Below, one piece after another: positions 7,133 through 13,280 of a DNA stretch of 25,903 bases (within the stretch, counting starts at the first letter, position 1; each line of letters opens with the position of its first letter). Location: positions 1-25,903 of the forward strand of contig JAITWD010000087.1 in NCBI GenBank assembly GCA_031285465.1. Direction: 5' to 3'. The notes under the pieces are model-generated. The model did not search any database. It saw only the letters and a list, made by a program, of their open reading frames with translations, and had not been told where the DNA came from. The position numbers and the translations under genes were made by a program. The stretch comes from Lachnospiraceae bacterium. GTDB lineage: Bacteria > Bacillota > Clostridia > Lachnospirales > Lachnospiraceae.

Positions 7133-8587
7133 TTATGCTTTATAGGCCTCGATCAAGCGCAAATAAAACTCAATGGTCTTGTAAAAGCTTTCTAACGGGA
7201 TCCGTTCGTTGTGTCCATGGATCATCGCTCGTTCTTCTTTACTGAGCTGCATTGCCGAAAAACGGTAAACCCGGTCGGTTATCCGACAGTAATGACGCGA
7301 GTCGCTGGCACCCATCATCAGATAGGGGGCGATAAGGATATCTGGCCAGGTAGTATGGATAACCTGCTTCAGGGTTGCCCACTCTGCACCTGATGTATCG
7401 GAGCAGATGGATGCCTCCATACCGCTTACCAGACGAAGATTAATCTTATCATTTTTCATTACCTTACGAAGATGATCTAACGCTGAGGATATCGTGCTAC
7501 TCCCGAGCAGGCGTAGATTTAAACCGATCGTTGCATATGGTGGCAAAATATTGTAAGCTTTACTGCCCTCCATCCGGGTGACGGCACAGGTAGTGCGCAT
7601 CATCGCGTTTAGTTCACCGCCGGCTTTGCGACAGACCAGTTTAAGCAAGGGCAGGAAGCACCACAGATTAGCAAAAATGAGCTTAACTGCCAGACCGGAA
7701 TGACGACCAAGTGTATCAAACATTGCGGCCACCGCCGGCGTAAACTCCGCGGGAAAAGGATGGCTTTCCAGACGAACGACGGCGGAAGAAAGCTGTCCAA
7801 TAATGGTATGGGTTGGCGGAGTGGAGGCATGACCGCCTTCACCTTCCATACTACATTCGATGTTTACCGTTCCTTTTTCGCTGATGCCTACCATAGCACA
7901 GGCCGATCCTATTCCTGGGAAAACCCCTTCAACAATCGCCCCGCCTTCGTCCACCACCATGCCCGGTTTAATGCCCTTTTCCTCAAACCATCTGACAATT
8001 GCAATACAGCTTTCTCCGTCAAGCTCTTCATCACCGCCGAAAGAAAGGTATATATCCTGCTCAGGCACAAAAGAATCGCCGATCAGCTGCTCCACCGCTT
8101 CGAGGATTCCGCACAAGGTCCCCTTGGTATCCAAGGTACCCCGCCCCCACAGCACACCGTCTTCGATCAAACCGCCGAAAGCCGGCCGTTCCCAACGTTC
8201 CTCATCGGCAGGTACCACATCATAATGGGCCATCATGACAAGCGGTGACCGACTTTGCTTTCCCTTCCAATGATAGAGCAGTCCTGCCGGTCCGATCTGC
8301 TCGCGGGTACAGGTCTGGTGGATCAACGGAAAGCGCTCGGCCAAAAGGTGGACAAACTTAGCAAATTCAGCCCGATCCACCAATGCTTCGTCACGATAGG
8401 AAACCGTTTTACACCGGATCATCGCCGCCAGATCATCGGCTGCCTTGGCACGGGGGATGGTGTAGGTACCTGGCAATTTTGCCGGCAACAACTCCGGTTG
8501 GAAGCGGAATGCCCTAATAAATATAGTAATTATGAAAATGAAAAGAACGGCGATTATTAATATAGTAACGATTGATCCTATGCTCAT
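7133..8587 (-). CDS. M20 family metallopeptidase/amidohydrolase (Gly-X carboxypeptidase / PM20D1-like) with N-terminal membrane anchor
   Basis: MMAHYDVVP, WGRGTLDTKG, GGDEE, VVDEGG and HGHNER metal/catalytic motifs. Hydrophobic N-terminus. Start moved to ATG 8587 because GGAGG directly abuts ATG 8593. Confidence 0.92.
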   Translation of the reverse strand: MSIGSIVTILIIAVLFIFIITIFIRAFRFQPELLPAKLPGTYTIPRAKAADDLAAMIRCKTVSYRDEALVDRAEFAKFVHLLAERFPLIHQTCTREQIGPAGLLYHWKGKQSRSPLVMMAHYDVVPADEERWERPAFGGLIEDGVLWGRGTLDTKGTLCGILEAVEQLIGDSFVPEQDIYLSFGGDEELDGESCIAIVRWFEEKGIKPGMVVDEGGAIVEGVFPGIGSACAMVGISEKGTVNIECSMEGEGGHASTPPTHTIIGQLSSAVVRLESHPFPAEFTPAVAAMFDTLGRHSGLAVKLIFANLWCFLPLLKLVCRKAGGELNAMMRTTCAVTRMEGSKAYNILPPYATIGLNLRLLGSSTISSALDHLRKVMKNDKINLRLVSGMEASICSDTSGAEWATLKQVIHTTWPDILIAPYLMMGASDSRHYCRITDRVYRFSAMQLSKEERAMIHGHNERIPLESFYKTIEFYLRLIEAYKA

Positions 8588-8615
8588 GTGCATCCTCCGA
8601 TTAAAATCTATCTCT

Positions 8616-9311
8616 TTATAATTTATTCCTTTTATAGAGGATTCGGGCGGCTCCGATAGAGATTAGGGCACCGACCGGAACAAGTATGCCAACCGACGAC
8701 GCCAATGATGGGACCAAAAGGAAAAGCACCAACATAAACAATAATGGCACAAGCGCAATCTTCCAGTTCTTACCGACATAGACCACCGCCAGTCCGCCAA
8801 AAAGCGACGGCAGGATATTTTCAAAAGCAGGTTGCAGTACCGGAGAATTAAGAACCGGCGTTAATTGCGCGAGTAAAAGCACTCCGGCTCCGATAACCAC
8901 CGTGGTGACCAAAGAGCTGGTCGCCACGGCTATCGTGGAAACCACCTCTCCTTCAGGAGTCCCCGGCTTGACCTTAACCGCTTCCATCGCATTAAGTGCT
9001 GCCGGCACCTTTAGATTGGTCAGATTGCCCGTTACAAAACCAAGATAAGATCCGCCGGTGCCTAACATCGGCGTAAAGGTGATGACCTCAATGGTGCCGA
9101 CGGTCCAGAAGATGGGGGCGACGCCGAGCAATCCCTTAAAGACCGGCTGAAATCCCGGCCATGCGTCATAATAGACGCAAATAGCAATCGGAACAAAGAG
9201 CAGCAGAACCGCAGCGGTCCATATCCATATTTTCCCGTACAAATGACTTTGAGCCGCATAAAGATTGTTATCTGCAGTTTTATTGGATTTGTTATTATCT
9301 ATCTTGTTCAT
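8616..9311 (-). CDS. Uncharacterised polytopic membrane protein, 231 aa (DUF5058 partner)
   Basis: About 6 hydrophobic segments. Same orientation as DUF5058 upstream and the M20 gene, which starts 28 nt after its stop. Confidence 0.85.
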   Translation of the reverse strand: MNKIDNNKSNKTADNNLYAAQSHLYGKIWIWTAAVLLLFVPIAICVYYDAWPGFQPVFKGLLGVAPIFWTVGTIEVITFTPMLGTGGSYLGFVTGNLTNLKVPAALNAMEAVKVKPGTPEGEVVSTIAVATSSLVTTVVIGAGVLLLAQLTPVLNSPVLQPAFENILPSLFGGLAVVYVGKNWKIALVPLLFMLVLFLLVPSLASSVGILVPVGALISIGAARILYKRNKL

Positions 9312-9348
9312 ATCTTATTCCTACTTTCTTATTTTCTATCGCTCTAAT

Positions 9349-9419
9349 CCCATGCATTTCGCAGATTTTATCTGCGAAACTGCTTAAATAAGAATTTGAA
9401 AAAACTATGATTTTTCAAA
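9349..9419. repeat. Intergenic double-hairpin repeat, family A copy 2
   Basis: 65/71 identical to 1840-1910. Perfect TTTCGCAGA/TCTGCGAAA and TTTGAAAAA/TTTTTCAAA stems. Confidence 0.9.
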
Positions 9420-9444
9420 ATGTAGCTTTTTTATATCTTTTATT

Positions 9445-10170
9445 TTAGCCGACAATTATGGGAGTGATCACGGTAGCGAATGCCATCGCACCAAGCATAC
9501 TTATCGGTAAAGCATAATTTTCCAACCACTTAAGACCACATTTTTTGATGAGCAAACCACAAACCGCCATGAGTATCGCAGAAAAAAGCAAAACAAAAAT
9601 GGGGATAAAGCCCGGCAATCCACTGCGTATATCCGCAAAAACCATCCCCAGAAAGGCCGATATCATTCCAAGGAACATGGCCGTAATAAACAGGTCGCCC
9701 CACTTAGCATCTTTATTCTTAATACTGACCAGCCCCTTCTGAATCCGCCTAAGCAACAGCGGCACAAGAATAATACTCGGCATGATGCCCAGGGTCATCA
9801 CCCATGCAATGGCCGAATAAACCTTGGGATCAGCGATAGTTTCGGCAAGGGGTATTCCCAGTGCCGTTGCCGTTGAGGTAGCCGCCGGCAATTCATAGGT
9901 GATGGCACCAACAACACTGAGCCGGATCCACGGCAAAGGCAGACCAAGGAACTTGGAGAGGGTAATCACACCCAGCAAAATGGAAACGGCCGGCGCAATG
10001 GTAAAAAGGGCGGTGGATGCAATAATTTTATTGATCTGTCTGGTATCCATATTAAGCATCTTCGCCTGACGATAGGCCCGAATGAGAAAAAAAAGCGATT
10101 GTGCGATAACGAAAAGGATGACAATAGCCGCCAAGGCATAAAGAAAGGGGGCATTAGTGGTAAAACTCAT
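9445..10170 (-). CDS. DUF5058 family membrane protein, 241 aa
   Basis: AQSLFFLIRA and LGLPLPWIRLSVVGAITYELPAA segments match my recollection of DUF5058. GGAGG RBS. Confidence 0.8.
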   Translation of the reverse strand: MSFTTNAPFLYALAAIVILFVIAQSLFFLIRAYRQAKMLNMDTRQINKIIASTALFTIAPAVSILLGVITLSKFLGLPLPWIRLSVVGAITYELPAATSTATALGIPLAETIADPKVYSAIAWVMTLGIMPSIILVPLLLRRIQKGLVSIKNKDAKWGDLFITAMFLGMISAFLGMVFADIRSGLPGFIPIFVLLFSAILMAVCGLLIKKCGLKWLENYALPISMLGAMAFATVITPIIVG

Positions 10171-10246
10171 GGTGATTATCCTCCGTAGAAAATTATAGTT
10201 TGTTCTCTTGTAACTATGAAGGTACTAAATAGTTTCCGTTTTACAT

Positions 10247-10275
10247 AGTATACTACTTTGGGACAGGTGTGTAAA
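10247..10275 (-). promoter_or_regulatory. sigma-A-like promoter for the DUF5058 operon
   Basis: TTTACA-N17-TATACT on the minus strand. Confidence 0.55.
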
Positions 10276-10296
10276 CCGACCACTTACAGGACAAAA

Positions 10297-10329
10297 TCGA
10301 GTAGGAAGAGATAACCCCCTCCTACTCGA
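10297..10329. repeat. Hairpin repeat, family C copy 1
   Basis: TCGAGTAGGA/TCCTACTCGA 10-bp stem; 27/32 identical to 15531-15562. Confidence 0.8.
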
Positions 10330-10370
10330 CGTGATAAATGTATTTGCCTCTGCTTAGTCAGAATTTTAAT

Positions 10371-10401
10371 AGGGAAACACTGATCAACTCAGCGTTTCCC
10401 T
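10371..10401. repeat. Palindrome, family D copy 1 (just downstream of sleC)
   Basis: AGGGAAACACTGA-TCAAC-TCAGCGTTTCCCT; shares the GGAAACACTG arm with 12482-12520. Confidence 0.75.
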
Positions 10402-10417
10402 GACACCCCTAAATTAT

Positions 10418-12262
10418 TTATGCAAGCGGTGCTATCCGTGTGGATCCATTGGTCTGATTATATACATCAACGATCCGTTGCCAGGTCTGCGGTCCGATAA
10501 TACCATCCTGACTCAAACCAAACTGCCGCTGAAAAGCACGAACCGCTGTCTGGGTCGCCGGCCCAAAGGCTCCGTCAACCGTAAGCTTCGGAATCGCCGG
10601 ATAACTATAACCGATCATATTCAAAAATTCCTGCATGGTGGCAACACCGCTGCCAACCGATCCGACCCGTAACAAAGTTCCGGGATATTGCGGGTTTGCC
10701 TGCGGCGGATTGGTCGGCGGGACCGCTTCATTTAAACTGTTATAAACCTCATATAATTTTGCCCAGGTCGCCGGACCCACAATACCATCGGCGGTCAAAC
10801 CAAACCGTTGCTGAAACTGCTTAACCGCAGCCGTCGTTTTAGGGCCGAAAATCGTATCCTGAACCACCGTCCCGACTTCGGGATAAAAAGCCGCAATATA
10901 ATCCAACAGGTATTGGAGGGTAACCACGTCATGACCTCTGGCACCTTCTCTGATCACACTACCAGGCATTGAGTTGCCAACCTCCAGGCGTTCACCTTCA
11001 CTTTCCAATTCCGCCAATTTAGTGACCGCCACATAGATATATGATATTTTATACCAGGTCGCACGATCCACCACCCCGGTCTGGGGCAGATTGAAAACCC
11101 CCTGAAAGGTACGGACTGCCGCCGCGGTATCAGCGCCATAAGTGCCGTTTCGATTGACAATGGGCGGAATAAGCGGATAATTGGCACGGATTCGGTTGAG
11201 CTGATCCTGAATGACCCTAACTGCATTCCCCTGCGAACCGGTCTGCAAATTATAGCCCGGATAGGACTGCAATGTACCGCCAATGGAAGTGGCTTCTTTG
11301 ATAACCAGATCACGTGGATAGTAGTTCCGTAATATCTCCATTGGTGTATAGCCATTATTGGCCAAGGTCACCGTTCCCCACTGGTGAAGACCGGGGCAGG
11401 TCACGGTCGATCCATTGCAAAATTCGGTAAAATAAGGGTCACGAAAACCCGATCGGGTCAAATACTGCATAAAGACCTGATCCACCACATCACTCACACT
11501 CTTAAAAATAGTCTGCCCCGGCTTATAATACTGATCGGAGGAGGTTGAATTTGTTATATCAAAGTTATAACCTTGACTGCGATACCATTCGGTATAGATA
11601 CGATTCAGGGCAAAATTAATGATCGCACGGATATTAGCTTCCAGTGAGGCGGTCGGCCAGGTGGGATAAATCTCACTGCTGGCGACATTCTTTATGTAAT
11701 CAACAAAGGGAACGGTTACATTAGTGGCTGCAGAATTCTTGGTACCAAGATGAACGGTAATATGAGCCGGTATCACCACATTAGGTAATACACGAGGCGG
11801 ACGCCCGCCAGTTGCTCCCGGTTGGGATGCGCGTGTCTGACCATCTGCCGGTCCTTCCTGATCCCATGATGTATCAAGCAGCAGCGAATTATCCGGAATA
11901 TCAATATATTCTATTTCATCCGCCGAACTGGCTCTTGATGAAGATAATCGCGGATGCATCTGAACCGATTGGATCGATGTCTCGGTATCAAAAATCTCCA
12001 CACCGTGTAACATTACCGGCTGATATCCCTCCCTCTGAACAATGACATCGTACTTGGCATATGGAATATTTGCATAATCCTCCTGCAATGAGCCCGCTTT
12101 ATCCGGTGCCCAGAGTGCCACCGTATCGGTCTCACCATCTTCATTGGTGCCCAGACGATATAACTCATTTCCCTCATAGTCATTGATCACCACCGTTGCA
12201 TCACCAAGCGGTACGGTGTTCTCCCCAGCATATATCTCCAACTTCAATAGTCCTGTTCCCAT
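10418..12262 (-). CDS. sleC: SleC-type spore cortex-lytic enzyme with three C-terminal peptidoglycan-binding domains, 614 aa
   Basis: N-terminal pro-region; catalytic segment ITVHLG...YIKNVASSEIYPTW...LNRIYTEWYRSQGYNFDITNST..DQ; three repeats of the type G..V..Q..LN...G.yG..T.AAVR.FQ..F.L..DG.VG..TW. Confidence 0.85.
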   Translation of the reverse strand: MGTGLLKLEIYAGENTVPLGDATVVINDYEGNELYRLGTNEDGETDTVALWAPDKAGSLQEDYANIPYAKYDVIVQREGYQPVMLHGVEIFDTETSIQSVQMHPRLSSSRASSADEIEYIDIPDNSLLLDTSWDQEGPADGQTRASQPGATGGRPPRVLPNVVIPAHITVHLGTKNSAATNVTVPFVDYIKNVASSEIYPTWPTASLEANIRAIINFALNRIYTEWYRSQGYNFDITNSTSSDQYYKPGQTIFKSVSDVVDQVFMQYLTRSGFRDPYFTEFCNGSTVTCPGLHQWGTVTLANNGYTPMEILRNYYPRDLVIKEATSIGGTLQSYPGYNLQTGSQGNAVRVIQDQLNRIRANYPLIPPIVNRNGTYGADTAAAVRTFQGVFNLPQTGVVDRATWYKISYIYVAVTKLAELESEGERLEVGNSMPGSVIREGARGHDVVTLQYLLDYIAAFYPEVGTVVQDTIFGPKTTAAVKQFQQRFGLTADGIVGPATWAKLYEVYNSLNEAVPPTNPPQANPQYPGTLLRVGSVGSGVATMQEFLNMIGYSYPAIPKLTVDGAFGPATQTAVRAFQRQFGLSQDGIIGPQTWQRIVDVYNQTNGSTRIAPLA

Positions 12263-12481
12263 AATTTCACTTCCTTATGTCGAATGCGCTATTACCTATA
12301 TGATTATGATGGGGATATTAATTTGTTACTGATGGCTTAACCAATTTAGCGGAACTTAAATATGGTAACGACCTTCCGCTTGGAGTATACTTAGTGAAAC
12401 GCTTATAAAATCGTTTCCCGCGCCGGATTTGCGGTACGAAGTGCCAATGCCCGTTGCGCATCCGTACGCATCCCGCGGAGC

Positions 12482-12520
12482 TTCTAAGGAAACACTGCTT
12501 TAATCAGTGTTTCCTTAGAA
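12482..12520. repeat. Perfect 16-bp inverted repeat, family D copy 2 (upstream of sleC)
   Basis: TTCTAAGGAAACACTG-CTTTAAT-CAGTGTTTCCTTAGAA. Confidence 0.85.
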
Positions 12521-12741
12521 AGATATAAACAGCATAATGGAGACGCTGATGAAAAAAAAGATAATCTTAACCTGTTTAAAATAATGGATTTGCCTTATTT
12601 GAATTTAGTAATGTTTCCACTACCGGAATGGTAGACAACTATGTGATCTGTATTAGCATATATGTTGATCTAAACTCTCATACGGCATATCGGATAGACT
12701 ATGAACAAGGGCACGGTAAACGCGTTTTAGGTGGCCGACCG

Positions 12742-12921
12742 ATGATCAACGGAAAAGATCAGGATGCATTACTGGTTTATCAGACCGCCTTGGAGAAAAT
12801 AATTTTTGATCATACAAGCGTGGATTACGTTACCGTAGAAATTTTAGATGATTATTTGCGGATTGATTTTGGGGATAATGAAGGTGCATATTTTGATGGT
12901 TTTAATATGGACTATCGCTAG
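12742..12921 (+). CDS. Small acidic hypothetical protein, 59 aa
   Basis: AGGTGG 7 nt upstream of ATG 12742 (internal Met39 of the 97-aa track ORF). MINGKDQDALLVYQTALEKIIFDHTSVDYVTVEILDDYLRIDFGDNEGAYFDGFNMDYR. Confidence 0.5.
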   Translation: MINGKDQDALLVYQTALEKIIFDHTSVDYVTVEILDDYLRIDFGDNEGAYFDGFNMDYR

Positions 12922-13124
12922 AACATTTTGCCACCACTTTTTTTACTTTTCCTCAATGGTACGTATTTGTACATTGTGCTCCCGTCGTGCTGTGATTTTT
13001 TTGTCGCATGTACAAATCCGCACAATTGTCCCGTCCGATATGCATATTTATTTGTCACAATTGTCCAGTCTTATTTCAGGAAACCGTCAACTGTGCAAAA
13101 AAACTGTCACTTGTGCAACATGGA

Positions 13125-13153
13125 TTGACTACGCTCCGCCTGCTTTATATAAT
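13125..13153 (+). promoter_or_regulatory. Near-consensus sigma-A promoter for the secreted chitinase
   Basis: TTGACT-N17-TATAAT. GGAGG RBS before ATG 13281. Confidence 0.75.
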
Positions 13154-13280
13154 AAATACAGACAAATAGACGGATGACACAATCAAGTCCGATTTGATGG
13201 ATGAATCGGCAAAACCATCAACTTTACTCACCAGATACTGGATGAGTAACCACACTTATTTCATATGGAGGAGATAACTT

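Noticed and set aside
12329-12401. CTGATGG...GTGAAAC resembles a hammerhead ribozyme core
   Set aside because: The invariant CUGANGA has G in place of the final A, and I could not build stems I and III around a cleavage triplet.
12628-12741. N-terminal 38 codons of the 97-aa track ORF
   Set aside because: No RBS before ATG 12628, whereas AGGTGG precedes ATG 12742; treated as an untranslated extension.
13204-13216. AATCGGCAAAACC resembles the 5' entry of a c-di-GMP-I riboswitch
   Set aside because: The GNRA-capped P2 stem and the GACGCAAAG junction that must follow are absent.
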